Shown here in pieces: positions 29,755-40,482 of a stretch of 64,000 nt of DNA. The stretch's first letter is position 1. Each line of letters opens with the position of its first letter. The DNA is taken from NCBI GenBank assembly GCA_001244265.2, contig CDLV01000004.1, positions 1,488,001 to 1,552,000 of the forward strand, written 5' to 3'. Source of the stretch: Microbotryum violaceum. Taxonomy: Eukaryota. Below the pieces are notes generated by a model. The model saw only the letters and a list, made by a program, of their open reading frames with translations, was not told the DNA's origin and ran no database searches. A program made the translations under genes and the position numbers.

Positions 29755-31133
29755 CTAATTCTTCGCCTCCCCCTCCTCTCCAAAATACTCCGGCAAGATA
29801 TACCTATACTTATCCAAGTCCTCCTGCTTGACAAAGTCATGCCTCGTCATCAAGCTCCACTTCATCCCTCCCCTAGCACTCTCAATCTCCCCATTACTAA
29901 GAGCATCATGAACCTTTCCCAAAATCTCCGCCGTAATATGTTTGCTCAACGAAGCGTTGCTCGAAAGTATTTTCATCACTTCTTCAACGGTGACGGGTGC
30001 GTGGCCAACTCGCCAGGCGTCATAATCCGTCGAAGTACAAACGAGCGCGTAGCTATGAGAAAGACAAAGGATCAATGACCGCCGTGTTCACCCACCTGAA
30101 GTCCCACACAAAAAACCACATTCTCAATCACTCACTTCAACTCTGCCTCCCTAGCCAATTTCGCCTCGGGAATCGTCGACATGTTAATAATATCCCCACC
30201 CCACATACGATAAACGTTGCTCTCGGCCCGGGTCGAGAATTGTGGACCTTCCATCACGATCAACGTCTTTTCCGAGTGTAGACGTGGTTTCGAATCACCG
30301 TCTTGAACGTTGGAAGAGAACGAGTCGATCGCGGCTTCGATATGGGGAACGAGGAATTGGGACAGAGCCACGGAGAAGGGTTCGCCGAACATGGCGTGGC
30401 CGACTAGAGAAGAGTCAAAGAAGGTTGAGGGGCGGATTCCCTGAAGGGATGTGGAAGGGAGGAAAGAGTCAGATGAAGTAGTCAAGGATGGACGAAAACT
30501 GGAACCGGACCTTGGTTCGATCGATGATCTGATCGGGCACGACCAAATCTCCACTAGGGAATCCAACCCAACCAGAGCGAGATCGTCAGCATTTCAAAAC
30601 GCGGGTCGACCATCCTTCTGACCTTACCAACAGACTCACGGCCTAACCTCCTCCCTCAAGCTCCCAACAGCAGAAAAAGCGACGATGGCCTGCACGCCCA
30701 AATGCTTCAACGCGGCAATGTTAGCCCTCGCAGGGACGTGACTAGGCATGATGGAATGGGTGGGCGAATGACGAGCGATGAAGGCGACCGAGACGTCTTG
30801 GCCGGGTTGATCGGGCCGCGAGAGGGTCGCGATGGTGATGGGGGACGATGGCTTGCCCCACGGCTGTTGCGGGAGGGAATATACGAGCATCAGCTCTCAT
30901 TCAGCAATCATGGGTTCCACGGTCTAGTGAGCTTCACCACACAGTATCAACATCGATCGTCTGCTGGATCGTAAAGTTATCGAGCTTGTACAAGCCCGAT
31001 CCACCGATAACACCTGCCAGAATCCAAGCCAAATCAGTTTTCTGAGCTCCGCAAGCCGTCTCCGTCCAGGATTCGGCTACGGACCAACCAAAGGCGGGTT
31101 CTCCATCAACTTGGGGTAGTTGGCGTAGACCAT
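29755..31133 (-). CDS. MEU1: S-methyl-5'-thioadenosine phosphorylase (MTAP), multi-exon
   Basis: [77 protein letters not shown] and STDYDAW motifs. Confidence 0.95.
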
Positions 31134-31564
31134 GTTGGGCGAGAAGGAGTGACGGAAGAGGCTGGAGGGAAGGAGTGGACGACGAGCGAGTCGCATTCAC
31201 GAGAGAAGGAAAGCCGGAGAGCAGCCCGGGCCGCGCGCGCACGTTTACTGTTTCCGCTCTCAAGAAAATCGCGAGCGCGCCGGCGGATGACAAATGACAT
31301 TATCGCACGACAACTACACTCGCGCAGATAGGGGTTCATGAGTCGGGAGCAATCAGCGCCTTTCACAGCGGAGCGACCCCATGTACCATAAAGAGTCTAG
31401 ATTGCATAAGGCAACGGAATCCTTCCAATTTGAAAAAAAGAAACACAATCTATCAAGCCCCCTTCTTCCATCCCCTCCGGCGCCGAAAAAATGATCGGCC
31501 GACCGAGTTGAGAAGAGAGGAAAGCCGAAGCGACCCAAGTCCCGCCAGACAGCTCCGCGCTCAC

Positions 31565-32800
31565 TTTTCACCAGACCACTCTAGATTGACCATCTTCAGG
31601 TTTACATCATGACGGCATACGCAGGCAACGAGTCCGGTGTCGACTACTCGTAACGAGGTTGAGCCAGCTCCATCGTCGGCAACCTTCCCTCTGTGCACGC
31701 CTACGAGGGTGAGGAGGTGTAGAGGTAAGCGATCCCATTAAGGCAAATGCAAAGCGCGGCATTACTCACTATTCTGGTCGGCCGCACCGAAGTTTCAACC
31801 TCGGCCTTGATCGCCTGAACTTGTTCCTCACCCAAGAAAATGTCTGGAACGATTCCTTGGACGTCGTGCTTCGAGTCTTTCTCACGCGTTTGCTGAAAGT
31901 TGCCGTCGCATGCAAGCACGCAATCCAATGTGACGTCGTGACAAGGTTGATTTTGTCGTATTGGCCCGAAGCACGCGGGACACTTGTCGGAATACGAATC
32001 GATGGTGCCTACGAGAAGGTCGCCGCTGTTCTTCTCGCATGTTTCAAGAGCGCGGTACTCGTCAATCGCCCTTTGCAGTTGCTTCCAAAGGTCTTTGTCC
32101 TGCATGCGCGGGAAGGCAGGCTTTAAGCATGTGCCCCTGAAACGATGGCGCCGTCCAAAACTCACCCAAGGATGTCCCGTGTAGTGACCTCGACCCCACC
32201 CACAACGGGAGTAATACTCTTTGAGGGAGTCCGCATAGCCGGTGAGAGCGCAGGGGTTGACCTTCCAGCTCGCGTGGGCCTGCTCGACCAGTCGAAATGA
32301 GAAGGCGGTCATCGGCATTGAAGCGGTCGAAGAGATGAACCCTAGTTGGGCCAAGCGCTCGACGTCCGTAGCACACCGCGACTCGGAGGCACAGAATCTG
32401 ACCTGCAGTTTGTAGACTGAAGGCACAGGTAAAGAGGGAGACACGCATCAGTGCTCGGTTCGTGACTGAAACTCCGAGACAGTGAAGCTGAGCTGCCTTG
32501 TCACGTACATGCCGTCACATCGTACAAGATAATCTCACGAGTGAGTATGCAATTGCACGCACATGGCGGCGGAGCATTGTGGTCATCAAGATTGTCTTCC
32601 GATACGAGCGGTCGTAGATGGAGCTTGCTGTGGTGGCGGAACTCGAGGAAGCGCCCAAACAGCTTGGGACGTTGAGGCTTCAAGTGGTGGCCAGCGAGGA
32701 TGTCTTTCAGCTTTGCTGCATTGAACTTTGAGTCCGTGATGTAGTATGTTTTCATCGCATCCCGGTCTTCGGAATGCAAGTGGGTCCATGGTGAAGGATT
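31565..32800 (-). pseudogene. KDZ (Kyakuja-Dileera-Zisupton) transposase fragment with CxC-type domain
   Basis: CACNC..LAQLGFISST..P.TAFSFRL, CPACFG, ACDGNFQQ and DTGLVACVCRHD..GEK. Truncated at both ends; right boundary approximate. Confidence 0.82.
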
Positions 32801-34432
32801 GTCTGGGGATCCTTTCCGATCAAGTACCGTGGCATGCTCAGGCTTACTTGGGTCTGTTTGCGCAACAAGTGGCGTCGCAGCCTCCTTGCGCAATTGTTTG
32901 GTGCATCGGGCATGGACGCCCATGATCTGCAGGGCCGGTTCTGACTGGCTTGCTGCTGAATCAGTGTCTGAATCAATCGTCATCATTCCCAGTTTGGGAG
33001 CTCCGGGGCATTTGCGAGCAATGTGTCCTTGCGTTCCGCATCTGAAGCAGATGCCTTTTTTCATCTGTCCTTCCCGGAGGGCAGCCTGCGCCGCATTGTC
33101 AGGGGCTTTTTCCTTCGAAGTGTTGTGCTTCGATCCTTGTTTCTGATGTTGCTTTGAGCCTTGAGATGCTCCCTGATTCGTTTTTTCCGCATTAAAATGC
33201 TTTTTCGGGTCAGAATGCTTGCCGCCTGAAGCAGCAGAAGCACTTGCTTTCCCATCCCGGGTGTCTGCTTTCCTGGTCGCTTTTCGCAATCGTCGGTTCA
33301 TGGCTAGACCGCTTGTCGCTGCTTCGTAATTGGGTATACGTTCATGCGGCGGTAGCTCGGATGCCATGACACTGTTCTGTTGGATGTTGAAGAGTACTTT
33401 GGCTTCTCGCACAATCGCGCGCATTCTGGTCCACATCACTCTGTCGGGATCTCCCCTGAAGTGCTGAACATGCACAATCAGACGAGGATCCAGAGCGTCG
33501 TAGAGTTTGCGGGTCATGTCTCGTTCGCTCGTAGACGAACGCTCTTGCGAGACTTGCGTGATTTCACGGATGACCTCAGCCGTCAGTCGAAGACTGCCAT
33601 CTGGCCGTTCTTGATGAATGTTTCGCCACCTGGTTTCCGCTTCTCTGTGCGCAGTCGGTGACACGAAAGTCTTTTCAAACTTCCGCGTCACCCTGCTGAG
33701 TGGGTATGGGCAGGTTTTGCGACCTTCACCACGACTTGGCCAATCTTTGTTCATCCGTTCTCGCCATTCGGCGTAGGTTTGCTTTGCTAGCCCTTCCAAG
33801 CACATTTGAATGTATGGAATGGCAGCGTATGTCTCGGGATCAATTCGCATCGTGTGCAAAAATGTTTCGACGTCGCGTGTCCAGTTTCTCAAGGTAATTG
33901 GGCGATGGTCTGATCCGCTGTACTTCGTCGGAGTCTCGGTTTTCGGGCGCGGGGCACGTTCTTCTCGCTCATAGCGATCAGATGACTCGTGACGGTCACG
34001 AGCATGCCTTCGCGGTCTCGATGCTCCTTCCCGACGGGATCTTCGGGGTTCGTCATCTGACGACGACTCGCTGTCTGATGATTCGGGGTCGCGCGGTTTG
34101 CGCGCCTTTCGTTTGCTCCTTCGCGATCGTCGATCATGACGGTCGTAGCCCGACTCGCTTTCTTCCGAGGACGACGATGATGAGTCGTCATCTGAGGGGG
34201 GTTTAATGAACGCGCCTCTGCGTGGTGTGTAAGCAGCTTGAGAAGCGGCTTTCCGTCTGGCTTTGCGATCATTGCTCGGGGTCTTGGGGTCTGGGTGAGC
34301 CGGCTGCTTGCCGCGACTCGGCTTCGATTCGTTTCGGAGGGGGCGCCTCCTGACTTGCGTGTTGGGCAAGGTTCTGAGTCGGGGCTGCTTCTGATGCGGC
34401 CTCTCGTCGTTCTCCCTGGTATCGATCTTCAC
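32801..34432 (-). CDS. Gypsy Gag with CCHC knuckle; the ORF continues in frame into the KDZ fragment
   Basis: 643-aa ORF 32501-34432 contains PTKYSG..W..VE, CLEGLAK and CFRCGTQGHIARKC. The true start may lie further upstream. Confidence 0.8.
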
Positions 34433-35587
34433 TTGAACGTGAGACCGATCTGGGTTCGTTCGTTTTCACGGATTTTTTCTCCAATTCTGTGCGAAAGGCA
34501 GTGGTGTGATCCGGTTCGTCATACGAATTCAAATTCATTTCGTATGATCCTCCATAATAGGAGGGGTTATCCAACCTGACTTTTCTCTCTCTAAGATTGT
34601 GCAGGTTGATATCACCCAACGAATAGCGTCTCGGCCGGTTGGGTGTCAGGTATCTCTTCAGCAAGGTGTCTGTGTTTGCTTGCGAAGTCGGGTTCGTACC
34701 TCGGTAGAAGGTCTGTGATGTCTCCTGAGATGTTTCTCTGGCTAGGCCAGTGGGTTCGTGCGCGATAATTGTGGAGTCACTTCCATCAATCGAGCGGTCA
34801 TCGGAGCCTGAGTCACCAGGCTCGGTCTGTGAGGCTGAATCAACAACCTCTTTCTGATTTTTTCAACTCTGGAGTCAGCAGCATCCTTGATGTCAAGGAC
34901 TTTCGTGCTGCTACTGGCTTCCATCCTGAGATGGGGGTACCCGCCAGTTCGTTCTCGGTTTGGCATCGGCACCGAAACACGTCGGGTTTCTCGGGCGAGG
35001 TCATCAGCCCGTGTCGACATTGGTAGCCGTGGCATCGCTGCTCGGGCACCAATTAGTGATGGTGAATCATCACTTCGTGCCACACCCTTGTCTTTTTTTG
35101 GGTGCAGCTAGGGTCTCATCTTTCGAGGTAGTTGAGTGAGAGGTAGCTAACCTCATGCTCGGGTTTCGTAGCGAAGTGGTAAACACATGTTTGCTTCTGT
35201 TGTCGGCCATGGTATCTTCAAGTATACGAGGGTTAATTACGTCCTCTACTTAAAGCAGTTACTTCGTCCAGTGAAGCAACGTGGTTGTTCTCAAAAAGAG
35301 AGGTCTGTGCCTTTCCACTCAGGAGTAAAAATTGACACGTCTCGCTACTCACGCCAACACTAGGTCGACGCTTTCGCAAGGGTGGGTTCGTTGCAAGCAA
35401 CGGGGTTTCCTGTCTGTTTCCAGAGCAGATACCTTTTTCAAGGCAGACCGCCTTCTTCAGGGGATCAGTCCAAGAGGTACTATGCGGAGTATCTTGAGAC
35501 TGCTGGTTGTAAAGGTTGTCAATTGGCTTGTCCTCCAGCGATGGTTCGGTGTCGAGTTCGGGGTTGCTGAAGTCCAATAAAAAAAGA

Positions 35588-35853
35588 TGTAAGGCCGGTG
35601 GCCTTACAGAAGGATTGCGAGTACTGGGCCGATCGACTCGTTGTATTCGTTGTCCTTGAAGAGGTATTGTAGACTGTATTCTGGTTTCAGGATCGGTTTG
35701 AATGAATATGTTCCTCCAAGAGGGAGAGAGAGGACCGAGACTGAACTACACAAAAGGGGGAAACCGGCCAATAATGGTCCAATATTTGGTTAACCGGGTT
35801 TCGGCCAGATTCAGTCGTTGGTCATGCGCGTGCGAGGCCGCTCGGGCCTCACA
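35588..35853 (-). repeat. 5' LTR of Gypsy element, followed by a T-run instead of a tRNA PBS
   Basis: Direct repeat of 21659-21924; the minus strand continues TCTTTTTTTATTGG. Confidence 0.95.
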
Positions 35854-37068
35854 TAGCCTCTCCAGAGCGCTCAGCGTCCTAGGAGGACCCCCGAGAGCCC
35901 AGCCGGAGGCGCGTATTGCCCGACTGGACAAATTTTGGGCCTCAGATGGGTCAAAATCGCCAAGGCGCGTACACATGCGCGCGCAAAAATTATGGAGGGC
36001 ATAAGGCAGCTTTTGCCCTATGAGGCCCGTAGGGCAAGTTTCGGGATTCCATAAGGCATTTTGTAATGCCTCGATAAGAATAAAATCCTTAAGGCCTCCG
36101 TAGGGCTTCCCTAGCGCCTCCCTACGGCGGGGCCATAAGGATTGCCCCCTAGCGCGCGCATACCACCGTAGTGCTTTCATACGGCGGCCATCGGAAAAAT
36201 CCTTCAGGCATCGGGGTTGGGGAGCCCTATGGCGGCCGTCGTGCAGCCATATGGGACCGATAGGGATCGTTTTATGGCTCTATAAGGACGGGCCATATGG
36301 CACACACAGGGATGCCGTATGGGCTCGATGAGGTCACACTACAGTAGAATAAATCTGCTGCCATACGGAAGCCATGGTTGTCTGCCCAAGAGTCGCGTTC
36401 GGTCGCAGATAGTACTTCGGTCTACAGGGCTGATCATTGTACAGTGGGTTTCCACCCTTGTCACACAACTATGTTTTCTTGCATTCTCAAGCTCAACATC
36501 GCGTACGAGGCCGAGCAGCCTCCGAGGGGCCACTCGGCCACTGGGTGCTTGTCTGCGGCTTGCGAGTGGCTCCGGCCGTGCCCGGGGGCGGGGGCTGAGA
36601 CCGACCGGTTGTGAGAGAGGAGGCGAGAGGAGGCGAGAGGAGCCAGCTGGAGCGGCCCTGGCGGCTTCGGGGAGCCCCACCCTCTCTTTTGTTTGCCCAT
36701 TTGACAATCTTGGGCACAACACACCTCTCGACAGTGAACACCATGTCCGTTCAGTTGAGGGACTTGGAACAAGTCATGGAGAATGGTGGGTGCTGATCAA
36801 CTCAATATTTATTTATTGATGCTCAAGGTCGTAGCTTGAGAGTGTCTTTCCCGCACAAAATTGGGTTAATTGCACAAATAACCTTAACCGTACGTATTAA
36901 GGTCAACGAGCAGCGAAGTTTATTTAATTATTTAGATTTAAACGTTCAACAACTAAACACTAACGACGTCATGGTTCCTGGCCAACCTGGGTGGTAGCGA
37001 CTCTTTGCGGCACTCGGACCCATGCCCGGCCGTTGGCTCGCAGTCGCGTTGACGTGAACACTTTCATC

Positions 37069-39620
37069 ATGTCATCATCCTCATTGCCATCATCCACAGA
37101 CTTTGTTCTGGAATGGTCCTCTCAGCGAGCTTCTGCCGGCTATGTGTGCCGGTACTGTGGTGGCGAGCGCATGTGGTATCGTCGCGCCGTTCGACACGCC
37201 GCAACCAAGAAGCACCTCGACGCGTACAACAATCGAGCCAATCCCGCTGTCAATTGGACCAACCGGTTACTGCAACCCACGCCTCAGGCGCTCTCGAGCA
37301 GCGACGAGGCGGACTTGGTCGATTCCAATCAAAATCCGGCAGAGACCGGAACAGTAGGCCACTCTCTGCTTGCTGTCGCTGGCGAGATCATCAAGTCGTC
37401 TGAAAGCGTGCCTGCTTCCAGTCCGTCCCCGCCAAGTGATCACGAGGATTCCGTTCTCGACCACGCCCTCTTCCTTCCAGAAGGCAATTGCTCGCCCTAT
37501 TCCCAGGGCACTGGCTCCAAGTCCGACAGTGAGGTCGAGATCGATGGCGGGGCGGAGGAAGAAGAGTCGGATGACTGGGTTAAGACTTGGGCCACTGCGG
37601 GCTCCACCAGTGAGTGGGAACGAGCAATGATGCAATGCCCCTCGTAATTTGTCCACTAACGCAAGTATTGCCCAACTTCTGGGCTGTAGCTGTGGTGACA
37701 GGCAGCCCCGCGATGCCCACACGGCTGGGCATGCGCAACTACACAAGCGTACCTGATTTGTCGCATCCCTGGTATCCCTTCCCCAGTCAGAATGTGCGCC
37801 AATCTACTTTCTTTGCTCCGGAATCACGTGATTGGCCAGAGCTGACCCCCTTTGCGAACATAGATGATGATCATCGTCGTGTTTCTCAGATCCCACAAAC
37901 GCCGGATCGGCGTGCAAGAGCTGGACAACATGACATCAGCAACTTTGCCACTCGCGCTTGGTGCAATTTGGCGCACCGGAGATTATAGAAAACGAGCTAA
38001 ATGTCACTAAAAGTGCGCTTTTGGCACTAAAATGCGCTAAATGGCACTAAATTGCACTAAAGCGCGAGTGGCAAAGTTGCTGATGATGCTTGCATTTGCC
38101 AAGGCCTTCGACGCGCAGGGTCTTCCTGCGGCGTCTTCCGTCAAAAAGTTTCTGGCCAACTTGGAAAAAGAGATTCCCCTCTTCAAGCCCCGCCAGTATA
38201 CGAAGGAGGACGGACGCTCTCTTCACGTGGTGTCGCCTCGCGATTATGTTGCTGCGGTAGGTCCCTGCCATTCCGTGTCAATGGTCAAATGCCTTTGACT
38301 GAACCGTTTCCGGGAACGAACAATTCTGCACAGCATTTTGCAACACCTTCATTGGCCCCTCTTGTGCAGCATTATCCCGAGTTTCAGCCTTCTCAAGTCG
38401 ATTCCGCCTATCACACTCGCCGCTGGCTCACTGACCCTCCTCCCAGATTTTCGGCCCCCACGGCCCGCGTCAGGGGCGATGACTGCTTTGTTGACGAGAT
38501 CATCAAGCTCAGGGGTGTTGATGATATGCACTGGTTCGTCGGCCGCTTCGTTTCCTTCGAAAGCAAGGTGCACGCTTTCGTTTGCTTTGCAGCCATCAAG
38601 TCTATCTTTCGGGTTGAGGTCAAGCTGCCCGCTGCTGGGCGTCAACTCATAAAGTGGCCACAAATGTCCCCTTTGCGATGGTGCCTGGTACCTGTCGAGC
38701 AGTTCGATCATCACCCGCAGTTGGTCTTGACGAAAAGCGGCCTTGTCCCGACCGAAGCGTACAACAAGAACCTCCCGTTCCGCCACAACCTGCTTTCAAA
38801 CATTCCGGCTCTGTTGGTGCAGGGTCGTAGTGATCTCCTCCGACATGTGAGCGGTGTCTTGTGGTCTCCTAGCGGTCCTGACAAAATTGAAACTCTTCCC
38901 AGATCCATGAATCCCAAAAAGATAAAGCTACTCTAGGTCGTACCATCAATTAATGGTACAAAGGCCAACAGGTTGCCATCACGGAAGGGCACGTGACCTG
39001 GTGGAGTATACTGGTGCGTATATATGAAGAGCCCGCCTCCACCCTTGATCCTGACCCGCGCTTGTAATCACCATACCAGTGGCAGGCGATGAAGGCGCCG
39101 AACACTTCGAACCTTAACGATTCCAAGGCCAACAGCTTCGCGAACAAGCTCAAGCGTTATGGTGACAGCCTCGCCGAAGACGCCGCAAACGCACTCCACG
39201 CGGGCCGCTACAAGAGGAATGGGGGGTTCGATCATCAAGCGTGGTGAGCTTCATGCTTCATGGTGAGATACATGGCATAATCGAATATTCTGACACTTGG
39301 TGACTTTTTGGGCGCGTACAGGGTTTCTCTTTGACACAGTCACGGCAAAGATGAAGCGACACTCCGGCATCCGGACGGCCCCTCAAAACACACTCGGTGA
39401 CCACGCGCTACAAGCCGTCTGCTCAGAATTCATCAAGGACTCGGTGAACAACCTCAGCTTTTCCAGCCAAGTAGCCGTGAATGGCGCCCTCAATCCACCA
39501 CATGCCGAACTTGGACTGACGAACGATCCCCCGGATCGAACACAGGACGCAGTCCAGGAGATGGGTGAAAATTTGGGAAAGGCAAGGAAGAAAAGGAGGA
39601 CGGAAGACCACCAAAGATGA
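37069..39620 (+). pseudogene. Transposase-like gene of the EnSpm-like element, interrupted by a MITE
   Basis: Zn-finger-like CRYC..H..H, WYPFPS and FATP..L..HYPE..W..P..FVDE segments, recalled as typical of basidiomycete CMC-type transposase N-termini. The catalytic core was not seen. Confidence 0.55.
37934..38085. mobile_element. 152-bp MITE, copy 2
   Basis: Near-identical to 8904-9055; interrupts the reading ELDNM|MLAFAKAF. Confidence 0.92.
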
Positions 39621-40482
39621 GGAGCACATCAAGGACGGGCAACCCTAAGCAAATTGAACAAGCTCTCTGGAGCATTTGAGGTGTGCAAGGGGACTCGGGC
39701 GCGACTTGGGGTGGAGTCGGGTGGACCATGGGTGGGGCTTTCTGAGACATATAACGGGGTTTTTTAGACTTGTATCAACATGTTTTTAGTGTTTGCAATG
39801 AGTGTTGCTTCGTGTGATAAGTCTAAAGGAGCCAGAAGACAATATCTACCTACAGCACCTGGTCCAGCATTTACTACAGCGTCCACCTGGTCTCCTTATT
39901 GATGCCCTACGTGTACCACATTGCGTCCATGCTTCTACATTAGGGCCACCCTATCGTCCCACTATGGCTTCCTTCGGGAGTCTATATCAAGCCGCCCTAT
40001 GGCTCGCACGTGTTCATGCCCTATGGGCTGGCTATATATGGGCCATAGGGCTATTTGCCTAAATGATTAGGAAGGCCGTATGCCATGCCAAGGCCATATG
40101 GAGCCATAGGGATGCCTTAAGGGTGCCATAATTTTCGCGCGCGCATGTGTAGTCGGGGGTGGACAAATCAGGGTGCGCCGGTGCGGGTGGGGGGCCTAGG
40201 CCCGTAGGTGCCAGTGGACAAATCTCGGCCGATTTCAGCCACATTCGGCTTGGTGCGGCAAAGTTTGCCGACCCTCAAGAGCGCGCGGGAGCGCGCGCGA
40301 TTTTTTATTTTATTTTTATTTGAGAGTTCATTAACAGCATAATTATATTAATACCTAGAAATCTTCGGAAAAGAGAAAAGTCGGAGGGAATGCTGTTACA
40401 CACACTGGCAGAAGCCAGCAGTGTAGGACTCATTGACCCTGAACCAGGATCAACCATACCCACTAAAACCCCCTTTGGTGTC

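Larger units (their letters stand above)
21659..35853 (-). mobile_element. Ty3/Gypsy LTR pair with matched TSD; most of pol replaced by about 9.5 kb of other DNA
   Basis: 266-bp TG...CA LTRs at 21659-21924 and 35588-35853; TSD TAGCC at 21654-21658 and 35854-35858; PPT GGGAAGGAGGA. Gag lies at the right and the IN C-terminus at the left. Confidence 0.92.
35972..40149 (+). mobile_element. EnSpm/CACTA(CMC)-like DNA transposon, internally deleted, nested 88 bp inside the larger element
   Basis: TIR CACATGCGCGCGC(A/G)AAA..TTATGG, TA flanks at 35970-35971 and 40150-40151, and many subterminal CCATA/TATGG-type repeats. Confidence 0.85.
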
